The notes under the pieces are model-generated. The model was not told the origin of the DNA, searched no databases, and saw only the letters and a list, made by a program, of their open reading frames with translations. DNA of 64,000 bases from Verrucomicrobiota bacterium. Lineage in GTDB: Bacteria > Verrucomicrobiota > Verrucomicrobiia > Limisphaerales > AAA164-E04. A program made the translations under genes and the position numbers. Positions 1 through 11,422 of this stretch are shown here, in pieces. The first letter of the stretch is position 1. Every line of letters begins with the position of its first letter. The stretch lies in NCBI GenBank assembly GCA_047947115.1, contig CP170459.1, forward strand, positions 4,512,001 to 4,576,000. The letters run 5' to 3'.

Positions 1-2
1 TT

Positions 3-2480
3 GGCGTCCATGAATCCATCCCCATTTACCTCCGTGATGTGGCCAGCATTGAAGATACCGGAGAAGAACCAAGCCAATACGTTTTCTTCGGCCATGGAAA
101 AGCATCCGGGCAGCAGGAAGGCGAATTTCCTGCCGTCACCATCAGCATCGCAAAGCAACCGGGCGCCAACGCCATCACCGTGGCTGAGGACGTTCTCAAG
201 CGCGTGGAATCATTGAAAGGCCACATCCTTCCGTCCGATCTTGAATGGACCATCACTCGTCACTACGGAGAAACCGCTGCAGAAAAATCCAACGAATTGC
301 TGTTCCACATGGGTATTGCTGTGGTGAGTGTTTCCCTGTTGATCCTTTTCGCACTTGGCAAACGGGAATCACTGATCGTTGCCATCGCCATTCCGTCCAC
401 TCTCGCGCTGACTTTGCTGGTCTTCTACCTCTATGGCTATACTCTCAACCGCATCACTCTCTTTGCCCTGATTTTTTCCATTGGCATTTTGGTGGACGAC
501 GCGATCGTGGTGGTAGAAAACATCGTTCGCCATCGCCACCTCAAGGGAAACAATCGACGCTCCCTGATGCAGATTGCCGTGGAAGCTGTCGGCGAAGTGG
601 GTAACCCGACTATTCTGGCAACCTTTGCAGTGATCTTCGCAGGACTGCCCATGGCTTTTGTCGGAGGTTTGATGGGACCTTACATGCGCCCGATTCCGGT
701 TGGCGCAGGAGCTGCCATGTTTTTCTCCCTCCTGATCGCCTTCATCGTGACACCCTGGGCGGCGGTCAGGGTGTTGGGCAAATCCCATGCAGCCCATTCC
801 CCCTCCCCGCATGATGGGTCGCACGCGAAAGAAGATTTCCTGACTCGCATGTATCGGGCCTTCATGAACCCGCTTATTGAGAAAGCTCCTTGGAGATGGG
901 CATTTCTGGTGCTGATCACCGGGATGCTACTGGCTTCCATGGCGCTTGTCGGCATCGGCTGGGTGCAGGTCAAGATGCTGCCGTTTGACAACAAGAGCGA
1001 ATTGCAAGTGATTCTAAACATGCCGGAAGGCAGCACACTTGAGCACACGGCAAACGTCACGCTCGAAATGGCCGAAGCCATCCGTGAGGTGCCGGAAGTC
1101 AACGATTACCAAACCTACATCGGCACAGCCGCTCCCTTCAACTTCAATGGCCTCGTGCGACACTATTTTCTTCGGACAGGTTCTCACACGGCGGACATCC
1201 AGATAAACCTCGTGAACAAACACGATCGCAAGGCCCAAAGCCATGACATTGCCAAACGCATACGGAATCTGATCGCTCCCATCGCCCAGCAATACGATGT
1301 CAGTCTCACGGTGGCGGAAGTACCGCCAGGCCCACCGGTCCTTCAGACCCTTGTTGCGGAGATCTATGGTCCGGACGAAGACACTCGACGTCTCCTCGCC
1401 CGGCAAGTCAAAGACATATTCGAAAGCACGGACGGCGTTGTCGACGTTGACTGGTATGTGGAAGCCGATCAAACGAAACTAACTTTTGAAGTCGACAAAG
1501 AAAAAGCCGCACTGCACGGATTGACCGTTTCAGACATCGAACAAACCCTGCAAACAGCGATATCCGGAACTCCCGCAGGATTGCTTCACGATCCAGCTTC
1601 CAGAGAGTCTGTCAACCTGCTGCTGGAAATTCCGGATGCATACACCACCTCCATCGAAGACCTCGGAGCCATCAAAATTCGTTCCCGGTTCCATGCGTCC
1701 GTGGGCAAGGAACCAGTGCTGGTCCCCTTGGCCGAACTGGTCACCATCCGCACCACCACCGCCGATAAAAGCATCTACCACAAAAACATGATGCCCGTAA
1801 CTTATGTAACAGCGGATGTGGCCGGAGCTATTGAAAGTCCCGTCTATGCCATCTTTGAGATCAATCAGGCATTAAGAAAATTAAACGTGCAACAACCCAC
1901 CGCAGGACAAGACGCAACCCTCCGCATCCTGAATGCCTCCATGCCCGAAACCGATGTCACCCCTTCAATGAAATGGGACGGCGAATGGCACATCACTCTG
2001 GAAGTCTTCCGTGATCTGGGGCTCGCCTTTGCTGCTGTGCTGGTGTTGATCTACGTCCTGATGGTCGGCTGGTTCAAATCCTTCCTCACCCCGCTCATCG
2101 TCATGATCGCCATCCCCTTTTCCCTTGTCGGCATCATGCCCGCGCATGGCTTCATGGGTGCTTTTTTCAGCGCTACGTCCATGATCGGATTCATGGCCGG
2201 AGGCGGCATCGTTGTGCGTAACTCCATCATCCTGGTCGATTTCATCGAACAACGCATCCGGGAAGGCATGCCCATCGCCAAGGCAGTCGTGGACGCCGGA
2301 GCTGTTCGCTTCCGTCCCATGATGCTGACGGCCATGGCGGTGGTTGTGGGCGCAGGAGTGATCCTGTTCGACCCGATCTTCCAGGGATTGGCCATCACTT
2401 TAATGGCAGGAGAAATCGCCTCCCTCTTCATCAGCCGCATGGCAGTGCCGGTGCTCTATTACATGGCGAATAAATCGTAA
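3..2480 (+). CDS. RND efflux transporter permease (AcrB/CzcA family), 5'-truncated by the window edge
   Basis: Frame open from position 3. Motifs [27 protein letters not shown] and RFRPMMLT, plus many TM segments. Confidence 0.93.
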   Translation, partial: GVHESIPIYLRDVASIEDTGEEPSQYVFFGHGKASGQQEGEFPAVTISIAKQPGANAITVAEDVLKRVESLKGHILPSDLEWTITRHYGETAAEKSNELLFHMGIAVVSVSLLILFALGKRESLIVAIAIPSTLALTLLVFYLYGYTLNRITLFALIFSIGILVDDAIVVVENIVRHRHLKGNNRRSLMQIAVEAVGEVGNPTILATFAVIFAGLPMAFVGGLMGPYMRPIPVGAGAAMFFSLLIAFIVTPWAAVRVLGKSHAAHSPSPHDGSHAKEDFLTRMYRAFMNPLIEKAPWRWAFLVLITGMLLASMALVGIGWVQVKMLPFDNKSELQVILNMPEGSTLEHTANVTLEMAEAIREVPEVNDYQTYIGTAAPFNFNGLVRHYFLRTGSHTADIQINLVNKHDRKAQSHDIAKRIRNLIAPIAQQYDVSLTVAEVPPGPPVLQTLVAEIYGPDEDTRRLLARQVKDIFESTDGVVDVDWYVEADQTKLTFEVDKEKAALHGLTVSDIEQTLQTAISGTPAGLLHDPASRESVNLLLEIPDAYTTSIEDLGAIKIRSRFHASVGKEPVLVPLAELVTIRTTTADKSIYHKNMMPVTYVTADVAGAIESPVYAIFEINQALRKLNVQQPTAGQDATLRILNASMPETDVTPSMKWDGEWHITLEVFRDLGLAFAAVLVLIYVLMVGWFKSFLTPLIVMIAIPFSLVGIMPAHGFMGAFFSATSMIGFMAGGGIVVRNSIILVDFIEQRIREGMPIAKAVVDAGAVRFRPMMLTAMAVVVGAGVILFDPIFQGLAITLMAGEIASLFISRMAVPVLYYMANKS

Positions 2481-2557
2481 CCCTCCCCACTTTCAAACTG
2501 ATTTAAGATCGCCACTATACATTGCTTGTTTCACGTCTTGAGATTAGGATCTCTGGC

Positions 2558-4437
2558 ATGATCAGGATGGGTTCAATTCTACGACTGGCATGCTTGTCAG
2601 CTTGGTGCAGCACCTCAACGCTGCCACAAATCTTTTCACCTTCTGTCGTGATCAATGAGCTGCACTATGATGATGTCCCCAAGACATCACGCGGCGAATT
2701 TGTCGAGTTGTTCAACGCGGGCACGCTGACTGTGGATCTGTCCGAATGGCGTCTTGCTGGTGTCGGCAATTATTCGTTCCCAGCAGGCACGAATTTGGAA
2801 CCCGGTCAATTTTTGGTCGTGGCGGAAGATTCCCGGACCTTGAGAACCAAATACAGGATCCGCACTACGCATCAATACACTGGCGGATTGGACAATGATG
2901 GCGACAATCTCCGACTGTTTGATTCAGAAGGCAATCTGGTCGATCAAGTCGAGTATCAATCCGGCTATCCATGGCCGACAGCGGCTCGAGGCAAGGGTGT
3001 CTCTATGGAATTGCTGAACCCCTCACTCGACAACAATCTGGGAGGATCCTGGCGATCATCCGAAACACCGACTCCTGGCACCCAAAACACAGTTCTCACC
3101 CTGAATATTCCACCGCAAACCAGGCAGGTTAACCACCGACCACTGCAACCTTCGTCAGGAGAAGATGTCCATATCACAGTCAAAGTCACGGATCCAGACG
3201 GAGTCAAGCAAGTCACTTTAAGTTACCAATTGGTTGAACCCGGCCAATACATTCGCAAAAGCGACCGTTCCTATGAAAGCCAATGGACCGAAATCCCCAT
3301 GCATGACACCGGTGAGGATGGAGATGCAATGGCCGCCGACGCTGTTTATCATGTCAAACTACCTGCGTCACTGCATCGTCACCGCCTTTTGGTTCGTTAT
3401 CGCATTACCGCCGAGGATACACGGGGAAATTGGGTGACTATTCCTTATGCGGATGATGAGAGCCCCAATTTTGCCTATTTCGTGTATGACGGAGTACCTG
3501 CCTGGTCGGGTAGCTTGAGGCCGAGAGTTTCGCCAGGATTGGATTTTTCACAGGACATGATGGCTCAATCCATGCCTGTTTACCATCTCATCGCACGCCA
3601 GACCGACGTGGAAAACAGCCAATACAACCGCACGTATGACGGTCGTCGAATGTCAGGAACCCTGGTCTATGATGGAATCGTCTATGACCACATCCAGTTC
3701 TACAACCGAGGAGAAGCTTCGACCTATGTCAGCGGAAAAAACAAATGGCGATTCAAATTCAATTCCACACACGATTTTGCCAGTCGTGACAACTACGGAC
3801 AAAGATACCGAGCCAATTGGAAAACCCTCAATCTCAATGCCTGCGCATCACCCTGGGTGGCCTCCAACCGGGGCATGGCTGGATTGGACGAAGCAGTTCC
3901 ACACCGGCTCTACCAACTGGCAGGGGTAACCAGTTCAAACACGCACTGGATCCAGTTTCGCATCATCGACAATGAAGAAGAAGCACCCCCCGATCAATAC
4001 GAAGGAGACCTGTTGGGCCTATACCTGGCCATTGAACATCCGGACAGCCGTTTCCTGGAAGAGCGTCGTCTGCCGGATCGCAGCACCTACGAAATCGCCA
4101 GCAACCAAGGCAATAAGAAAAACCAGGGACCGGATCAACCTCTTGATCAATCAGACTGGGACACCTTTTGGAGCCTAAGCAATCGGCTCAACACCGTCGA
4201 ATGGTGGCAATCAAACTTTGATCTCCGCAGTTTCTACGGCTTTCGGGCCATCAATCGAGCCACCGGTAATGTCGATCTACGTGACGGAGCCAACTATTAC
4301 ATGTTTCAACACGCCAATGAACAATGGACTCCCCTACCCTGGGACCTGGACATGATGTATGCGCCGATCAAACACGTATGGAGTGGTGTTATCCGAGCCG
4401 ATCGTTGCCTGGATCACGAAGCCATCCGCATCGGTTT
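2558..4437 (+). pseudogene. N-terminal half of a lamin-tail-domain/CotH kinase-like protein, interrupted by the integrated element
   Basis: LTD motif VVINELHY..EFVELFNAG and CotH-like NYYMF..PWDLD. Coding character is lost after ..EAIRIG at attL; the ORF-track tail to 4576 is element-derived. Confidence 0.88.
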
Positions 4438-4446
4438 ACAAAACCG
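4432..4446. repeat. attL core CGGTTTACAAAACCG
   Basis: 14/15 identical to 26838-26852. Followed by GTGCTCTACC, the reverse complement of the tRNA D-arm segment GGTAGAGCAC. Confidence 0.9.
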
Positions 4447-4585
4447 GTGCTCTACCCGATGCGAGATTTTACATAAGTCATTCAAAAAGATGCAAACAAC
4501 ACAAATACAGCATTTAAAGCTCTGGATACATGTCGCAAGGTTTGCGAACATGAACGAACGCAAACGCAATTATTGACACTTTTAA

Positions 4586-4604
4586 CGTCAATACAATGTC
4601 AATG
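4586..4604. repeat. Putative integrase arm-type site (left), CGTCAATACAATGTCAATG
   Basis: 17/19 identical to 26741-26759; tandem GTCAAT motifs. Confidence 0.6.
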
Positions 4605-4687
4605 GAATAAGGCCCTTTCAGCCGGCAACCATGGCTGGTTATAGGGTTGTTTGGGCTATTTCGCTATAGGGTGGGCCAAAAACCGTA

Positions 4688-5131
4688 TCAAGTCACATCA
4701 CACCCAGAGTTTTCGTGAGAGTTCAGAATCGCGGTCACAGAGTTGACCTGAATCAACTTGTTCTGCTGTCCATGTGCCCGAGCCAAGCCTCCAATGACCC
4801 GCTCTGCTCGCTTGGAGAGCATTTCCAGTGCGCGTTCCCGCTTCAGAATGCTATCAATGCGACGCGGTATCGGCATACGACGGATCCAGTGTAGCGTCTC
4901 CATGACATCCGTGGACATGATCCGCTCGTATTCGGTAGGTAGCTGGTTGTCGTCCAGGTCATCGCCACACTGTCGATCCAGTCCCTCAGGGCCATCCCAC
5001 ATGTAGCGGCGCTTCCACTCGCGGACGGTGCCGGGCTTGATGTCCAAAAGAGCGCCTATCTCGTGCGATGATTTTCCTGCTTCAACGAGCTCCTTGGCTT
5101 GTCGTCTTATGTCCAGGGGTAGAGAAGACAT
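4688..5131 (-). CDS. HTH protein, terminase small subunit-like
   Basis: N-terminal HTH AKELVEAGKSSHEIGALLDIKPGTVREWKRRYMW resembles TerS/gpP-type HTHs. Helical C-terminus. Last gene of the element. Confidence 0.55.
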   Translation of the reverse strand: MSSLPLDIRRQAKELVEAGKSSHEIGALLDIKPGTVREWKRRYMWDGPEGLDRQCGDDLDDNQLPTEYERIMSTDVMETLHWIRRMPIPRRIDSILKRERALEMLSKRAERVIGGLARAHGQQNKLIQVNSVTAILNSHENSGCDVT

Positions 5132-5272
5132 GCTGAAAGCATATCGAATATTGGATCGAAACTCAACACTGTATCGTTATAGTTTTGAACAATGGTCTAA
5201 GCTCCACTAGCACTGGGAGCAGAAACGGCTCCCCCACACCTTGCGTTCCAGCGTCCCAGAGCTATGCCAGTC

Positions 5273-7680
5273 CTGACCATCCCCACGCGGGTGGGGAGAA
5301 CTCTGTATGCGGGGTGAACTGGCAGGCCCATGTCGGACCATCCCCACGCGGGTGGGGAGAACTATTTGCGCAATTTCGCGCTCCCCCACTTTGCCGGACC
5401 ATCCCCACGCGGGTGGGGAGAACTTTCGAGTGACAAAAGCGCGAAAGCCTAAAGCCGGACCATCCCCACGCGGGTGGGGAGAACTACCAACCAAACCCAG
5501 CGTTTGATTGGCAGCCCGGACCATCCCCACGCGGGTGGGGAGAACAAAAAATCGTTTTCCAGCTTCGCCAATAGCGCCGGACCATCCCCACGCGGGTGGG
5601 GAGAACGAATCATGCCATCGGAAATATCCGCTTTTTTCCGGACCATCCCCACGCGGGTGGGGAGAACGCGCTTTGGACGTTGTCGAATTGGTATCTCCCC
5701 GGACCATCCCCACGCGGGTGGGGAGAACCGCTTAGGAAAGCCTCTTGTGCCTTGGGATCTCGGACCATCCCCACGCGGGTGGGGAGAACGCATTGGCTGG
5801 CGCAGTCTGGCGCTTGTGGCTCGGACCATCCCCACGCGGGTGGGGAGAACTCAAGACCAAAATCCAAAACAAGCTTGACCTCCGGACCATCCCCACGCGG
5901 GTGGGGAGAACGCGCTTTGGACGTTGTCGAATTGGTATCTCCCCGGACCATCCCCACGCGGGTGGGGAGAACACAAATAACATCCGTAATCATAGCGCAA
6001 TGGCCGGACCATCCCCACGCGGGTGGGGAGAACAAAGGCGCGGCTCACCACTGCGCTCCTCAATGCGGACCATCCCCACGCGGGTGGGGAGAACTCAAGG
6101 GCATCCTTGTCTGCTTCACCCATGTTCGGACCATCCCCACGCGGGTGGGGAGAACTCAAGGGCATCCTTGTCTGCTTCACCCATGTTCGGACCATCCCCA
6201 CGCGGGTGGGGAGAACTTTTTCCGGTGGTATCAACGCGCATACGGCGGCGGACCATCCCCACGCGGGTGGGGAGAACCAATCAGTTTGCTGCCAGCGATA
6301 GCTTTTGTGCGGACCATCCCCACGCGGGTGGGGAGAACCACGGCACCTGCACTGTATTTCAATGGAACGTCGGACCATCCCCACGCGGGTGGGGAGAACT
6401 GTATGGCAGCGTAAGAGGCTGCATTCCTGAGCGGACCATCCCCACGCGGGTGGGGAGAACAAGTCCGCAGTGCGAGTTGGTGACGACATCCTCGGACCAT
6501 CCCCACGCGGGTGGGGAGAACATTGGTCCGGTTGGTGACCTCCGGGATGATAACGGACCATCCCCACGCGGGTGGGGAGAACGCGTTCGCTCGTTTAGTT
6601 TCAACCAGTTGGCTCGGACCATCCCCACGCGGGTGGGGAGAACCTTTTAGAGATTCCGGCAGCGGTGACAAAACCTGGACCATCCCCACGCGGGTGGGGA
6701 GAACAACAAGCGCAACAAGCAACGCCATAAGATTTTCGGACCATCCCCACGCGGGTGGGGAGAACTTGTGGCAATCCTGATAAGATCCTCCGATTGTCGG
6801 ACCATCCCCACGCGGGTGGGGAGAACTGTTTGTCCGGAGCGTTGCAAGGTCACATCATCGGACCATCCCCACGCGGGTGGGGAGAACCTCGTTTGTCTCT
6901 GTCTCTCGATCGGTACATGCGGACCATCCCCACGCGGGTGGGGAGAACCAGCGGGGAACACGTCACCCAAAGCTGGGTCACGGACCATCCCCACGCGGGT
7001 GGGGAGAACGCGATGCAGGGAGTAACCAAGTGCGCGTTGAACGGACCATCCCCACGCGGGTGGGGAGAACCTCGATTTTTGACCGTAGACGTGCAGGCAT
7101 ACCGGACCATCCCCACGCGGGTGGGGAGAACGGAGCATGTGACCAGACCAAATTGCTGAATGACGGACCATCCCCACGCGGGTGGGGAGAACTGCACGCT
7201 GAAGCTGGGCGCCGCGAATAATAACGGACCATCCCCACGCGGGTGGGGAGAACTTCAGCCATTGCGCGAATTCGTCACGCTACGCCGGACCATCCCCACG
7301 CGGGTGGGGAGAACACAGGCGCCAGCCGTTTGCTTTCGTTTCGCCGCGGACCATCCCCACGCGGGTGGGGAGAACAACACTGCAAACCCGCATTGAAGAA
7401 GCAAGCGCGGACCATCCCCACGCGGGTGGGGAGAACTGTTCTGTCTTGCTGATTATGCGCCAGTTGTGCGGACCATCCCCACGCGGGTGGGGAGAACACA
7501 ACCGCATCATAAATCTGCGCAGTGGGTGGCGGACCATCCCCACGCGGGTGGGGAGAACCTCGTCGGCCCATTCGGCGCTTGGTTCGTAGTCGGACCATCC
7601 CCACGCGGGTGGGGAGAACACCCAGCTATCGCCAGGAAGAAAGCCAACGTGCGGACCATCCCCACGCGGGTGGGGAGAAC
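5273..7680 (-). CRISPR. Type I-E CRISPR array: 40 repeats of 29 bp (GTTCTCCCCACCCGCGTGGGGATGGTCCG on minus strand), 39 spacers of 32 bp
   Basis: Strict 61-bp period from 5273 to 7652; palindromic I-E-type repeat. The degenerate terminal repeat at 5273 and cas2 adjacent at the other end give the orientation. Confidence 0.99.
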
Positions 7681-7729
7681 TCTGGATTATCAACAGGTTA
7701 GAGGCGAAGAAACGAGCTTTTTCTAGTTT
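7681..7729 (-). promoter_or_regulatory. Short CRISPR leader with IHF consensus site TATCAACAGGTTA (7688-7700)
   Basis: Exact match to WATCAANNNNTTR, 7 bp from the first repeat. Confidence 0.75.
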
Positions 7730-8029
7730 TCAGAAGGGGCAATTTTCCCCGTCAACCCAGTCTTCAGCGACCAGTTGAAGGCCGCTCATCAGAGTATCGC
7801 GTCGATCTGGATTACCCCAGCGCTCGATTCGAAAACCCTGAGTATTGGGTTCGGAGGTGATGATAAGAAGGCTCATGCCGGAGGCGTTGCGTTTGACATA
7901 TTCGAGGACCTTATCTCGAGTGCGACGATTCACCGTGCCAACAAACACATTTGGTCTGGGTTCAATAAACCAGCGTTTGAGCATCCCCCGAATGGCGGGT
8001 AGAGTGTCGTTGGCAATGAGAACGGTCAT
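7730..8029 (-). CDS. cas2: Type I-E Cas2
   Basis: [33 protein letters not shown]; follows cas1. Confidence 0.95.
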   Translation of the reverse strand: MTVLIANDTLPAIRGMLKRWFIEPRPNVFVGTVNRRTRDKVLEYVKRNASGMSLLIITSEPNTQGFRIERWGNPDRRDTLMSGLQLVAEDWVDGENCPF

Positions 8030-8038
8030 AAACAGAGA

Positions 8039-8926
8039 TCAAGAAATGGCGGACGGCGGACGAGTGTCGGCCTGTTGAGGAGCAGCCTCTTCCGTCTCAA
8101 ACAAACGTGCAAGATCCCTGGGGAGTTGTTGCAGGATGCGTTCCCTTTCGACATGTTGTTTGAGCAGTTTACGGACCAGCTCCCCATCGTCAGACGGGTC
8201 TTGTCGTGAGGCTAAAAAAGCGGCTGGAATACTCGTGCGATGTTTATATAGATCGGCAACGTCGTATATAAAAGGCAAGGTGCCAGCATCGTGAATGAAC
8301 CCAAGACTTGGCAGATAGCCAAGCGATGTCACTACTGCGGCGCATAGGGCGTAGAGGCTTGCATTTGCAGCAGAAAGAGCCCTATTGATGCCATCAGCAA
8401 GATGCCAGTTTCGGCGATCATAATTTCTACCTTTCCATGTGACACCATGTTGTCTACCAAATTCCGAGTAAAGAGCGCGAACACGGAGACCTTCCATGCC
8501 GCGTAATTCCTTGACGGTTTTTCCGGTTACATCAACATCGGGAAAACGCATTTGAAACATCGCCCGGGCAATCCGCGTGCGACGTCTTTTATCTGCCCAC
8601 GTCTCGGCGTGCAGCCGAGGCATGTCATTAGTGTGATTTGGAGCCAAACCAAAGGCGTAGAAACGCATCGACTCTCCCCCTGTCCAACACAATGGTGTGT
8701 TACTTTCCGCGCAAGCCTTAACGGCGGCATGAGTTACTGTCGTACCAGGTCCAAGTAACAATGCAGAAACAGTGGCAACAGGGATCCTACAGAGAGTACG
8801 GTCCGCACCGATCCATTTCACGCTAGAATCATCGACCTCCAAGCGTCCGTGCTCGAGATAAAGCGGCGTCCATCGATCCTTGGCTGGAGCGAGCGTTTCC
8901 AAAGGCGGACGTTCAAATAGAGGCAT
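8039..8926 (-). CDS. cas1: Type I-E Cas1
   Basis: LLGPGTTVTHAA, LRGMEGLRVR, LGFIH..FIYDVADLYK. Confidence 0.97.
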   Translation of the reverse strand: MPLFERPPLETLAPAKDRWTPLYLEHGRLEVDDSSVKWIGADRTLCRIPVATVSALLLGPGTTVTHAAVKACAESNTPLCWTGGESMRFYAFGLAPNHTNDMPRLHAETWADKRRRTRIARAMFQMRFPDVDVTGKTVKELRGMEGLRVRALYSEFGRQHGVTWKGRNYDRRNWHLADGINRALSAANASLYALCAAVVTSLGYLPSLGFIHDAGTLPFIYDVADLYKHRTSIPAAFLASRQDPSDDGELVRKLLKQHVERERILQQLPRDLARLFETEEAAPQQADTRPPSAIS

Positions 8927-8940
8927 CAGTCGGAAACGAT

Positions 8941-9651
8941 TTAAGGGTTTTTATTGATTGATTTGGATACGCGTCTGATCCAACGCGGTGTATGCCGTTC
9001 TCCAATGGGGCGACCGAAACCGATGGGATAATCCTCTATCATGTCTGCGCCATGATCGCCGGGTTCAGTTTCAACGACGTGATCAAAATCTCCCAACACA
9101 TGTTTGGTGGACAAACCAGCACGTTCCAACAAATCCTCCCAAACCTCTGAGCGCGGCCCCGGTCCGGCAGCAAGCACAGGACTGGCGGGCACACAAGATT
9201 TGCGCCCCAACCAAATGCCCCATTTGGGATCACTCAGGGCGTTTGCGATTTCAACCAACACAGCTACCGGGCCATCAAGCAACACACCGAAACGGGCGTC
9301 GAGCAAGTAGTGTCGATAAGTCAAGACGGTGGCATCAACCGCAACTTTGCCGCTGGCGCGGCGAATACCTGTAACCGTGTGGTAGTCCTCCAACCGTCGC
9401 ATGGGGAGAGATCGGTTTTGGCAGCTTGTTCGCATTAACGTCACCGTTGTTAATTGTAGTGAAGCAAAGCATTTCATGTGGTTCGCTTCCTCAGTGCCAT
9501 GTTTGTCGATCCCCATGGCTGCGGCGATAAGGCCAAGCACACCACTGCGAGTTGGGTGCAAAGCAGTTGTCCGACGGCCGAAACGCGAAGCATGTCCCCA
9601 CGATTGCATGGGACCGTCCAGTAACAACGCTAGACAGACATCAGATGACAT
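8941..9651 (-). CDS. cas5e: Type I-E Cas5 (CasD)
   Basis: GPMQSWG..PTRSGVLGLIAAAMG, DYHTV, RHYLLDA, LGRKSC. Start trimmed to MSSDV. Confidence 0.95.
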   Translation of the reverse strand: MSSDVCLALLLDGPMQSWGHASRFGRRTTALHPTRSGVLGLIAAAMGIDKHGTEEANHMKCFASLQLTTVTLMRTSCQNRSLPMRRLEDYHTVTGIRRASGKVAVDATVLTYRHYLLDARFGVLLDGPVAVLVEIANALSDPKWGIWLGRKSCVPASPVLAAGPGPRSEVWEDLLERAGLSTKHVLGDFDHVVETEPGDHGADMIEDYPIGFGRPIGERHTPRWIRRVSKSINKNP

Positions 9652-10720
9652 TCTGTGTAAGGGCCTCACAAAAGGCGTTAAGGTTGATATCTGGTAGAAT
9701 GACCTCAGCATCACAGGTAATGTCCCAGGTCTCTTTAAGTTTGGTGTGATGAGCTTTCAGTGCCTCCACCGAAGCTTCCAGCAGGCCGCTCTTAGCACGG
9801 ACCGGCGATTCGAAGGCATTGACTAATTGTAAGGGTTGACCAGTAGACTTGTAAATTCCTAGCACAAAACCGGGTCGCGTGTTGGCATTCATGGAATTTT
9901 TCCGCGCGCCGGGGACAGCTTCCAGAGTGGCACGAATGAAACCATCCACTACCTTGCGTCGCTCTTCAACTGACAACTTTGCCAAATGTGCTTCGTCAGC
10001 AAGGAGGCCGAGGTTCACTGCAGCATATCGATAATAAACAGCGGAGGAGAACTCCAGTGTACCGATCATCCCCGCACCAGCATCATCTTCCTTGGGCTTT
10101 GCATCGTCCAAGGCGGAATAGAAGTCGAGATCGCTGTCCGCCAAGTGGGTGGAAAGAGCGTGGCTGTACATGGCCGCTCCTTCCAGTGTGAGCGAGGGTA
10201 AACTGGCAACCATGCGTCCAAAAAGAGCGATGTCGGCGCCATCGACAAGCCCCGCTTTTTTGCATAGTTTGTCGAGATTCTTCTCATAGTCCTTGGCTTT
10301 TGGGTTGGACCTTACTAACTCGGCAACCTGTTGCGCGACGGAATCGATCTCTGAAGGCGCGAGAAAGATCAACGTACCTACCTGAGGAATTCGTCCGTCC
10401 TTGACGGACTTGGTGTCGATTTTGGCCAATTTGTCAGCAATATTGACAGCATGTTCGGCAGCTACTTTATCATCAGTAATACCGTGCTTCTGTAAGGCAT
10501 CCATCAGCGGCTGTACAATGAGCTTGGTGCGACTACCGTTGAATTTTGCATCCGGAAGATTGGCCTGAGCGTATTCGCGAATCGCTCGCTTTAACGACTG
10601 ACTGGAAATCCGAGCGCGGTTGACACCACCGAACACGGCGGCTTTAGGAGATCCCACGTCATCTCGATTAAGGCAAGAAACGGGGAAAGACTGGAGGATG
10701 TGCAATTCAATGAGTTTCAT
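9641..10720 (-). CDS. cas7e: Type I-E Cas7 (CasC/Cse4)
   Basis: LNRDDVGSPK..RARISSQSLKRAIR, DIALFGRM. Confidence 0.97.
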   Translation of the reverse strand: MKLIELHILQSFPVSCLNRDDVGSPKAAVFGGVNRARISSQSLKRAIREYAQANLPDAKFNGSRTKLIVQPLMDALQKHGITDDKVAAEHAVNIADKLAKIDTKSVKDGRIPQVGTLIFLAPSEIDSVAQQVAELVRSNPKAKDYEKNLDKLCKKAGLVDGADIALFGRMVASLPSLTLEGAAMYSHALSTHLADSDLDFYSALDDAKPKEDDAGAGMIGTLEFSSAVYYRYAAVNLGLLADEAHLAKLSVEERRKVVDGFIRATLEAVPGARKNSMNANTRPGFVLGIYKSTGQPLQLVNAFESPVRAKSGLLEASVEALKAHHTKLKETWDITCDAEVILPDINLNAFCEALTQNVI

Positions 10721-10753
10721 ATTCTGTTTTGTATCGATTAAATATTATCTTGA

Positions 10754-11422
10754 TCAAAGGTTGAGAGGAGCCAGAACAAGCAGTCCAAATCCAAACGCCT
10801 TGGCCGAACCGATACCGGTTGCAACTGCTTCGCGGAACTGTAACGAATCCGTAACAGTCAATTCTCCTTGAAATTCGACGGCATTGTGCGTGCCATGCGT
10901 GTGGGCGTCCTTGTGAAAGAACTCGCGACCACGCGGGATGGTGCGAAGTGAATCCCTGTTTAGGGCGAATCCGGCTACTTCAGCTTTGCGGTGAAGCCAC
11001 GCGATAAGGTCTCCACGCTTGGTAATGGCAAGACGACGACCATTTTTTGTACGTTCACCCGCTTTGTTCGATCGAACCTTGCGCGTGGGATTGGCCAATA
11101 AGCTGAAACGGTAGGAAGAATGCTCGAAAAAGGCGTCCGGAATGGGTTTCGTCCCAAAGCTATCAGTCGGGCACCAGTCAGGCTTACGCGGAATGTTCCG
11201 CGAAAGGATCAAAACCTGAAAGCACAAATCCTTCCGGTCCACCCGCGTGAGGAAATCACGGGGCTGTCTGTCTGTTCCACCAAATGCAAGCCAGATCTTC
11301 TGGTGCCAATCGTAGGTATCCCGGATGCGAAGCAAACGGATAGCATCCTCATAAGAGACTAGGATCTGAGTTAGATGCAGCGCCTCGACAGCAACAGTCG
11401 AAGGAGTTGTAGCGGTAATCAT
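10754..11422 (-). CDS. cas6e: Type I-E Cas6e (CasE/Cse3)
   Basis: YDWHQKIW, FSLLANPT, C-terminal G-loop GIGSAKAFGFGLL. Confidence 0.96.
   Translation of the reverse strand: MITATTPSTVAVEALHLTQILVSYEDAIRLLRIRDTYDWHQKIWLAFGGTDRQPRDFLTRVDRKDLCFQVLILSRNIPRKPDWCPTDSFGTKPIPDAFFEHSSYRFSLLANPTRKVRSNKAGERTKNGRRLAITKRGDLIAWLHRKAEVAGFALNRDSLRTIPRGREFFHKDAHTHGTHNAVEFQGELTVTDSLQFREAVATGIGSAKAFGFGLLVLAPLNL

Noticed and set aside
4438..4576. C-terminal tail of the 684-aa ORF
   Set aside because: Read-through into element DNA past attL.
5215..5233. GGGAGC-N7-GCTCCC hairpin after the array, as a terminator or degenerate repeat
   Set aside because: No U-tract on either strand and poor match to the repeat.
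5302..7651. Self-targeting spacers within the window
   Set aside because: None noticed by eye, but no exhaustive search was possible; needs BLAST.
5185..7726. Numerous ORFs with [10 protein letters not shown] / DHPHAGGEN / GPSPRGWGE repeats
   Set aside because: Translations of CRISPR repeats, not proteins.
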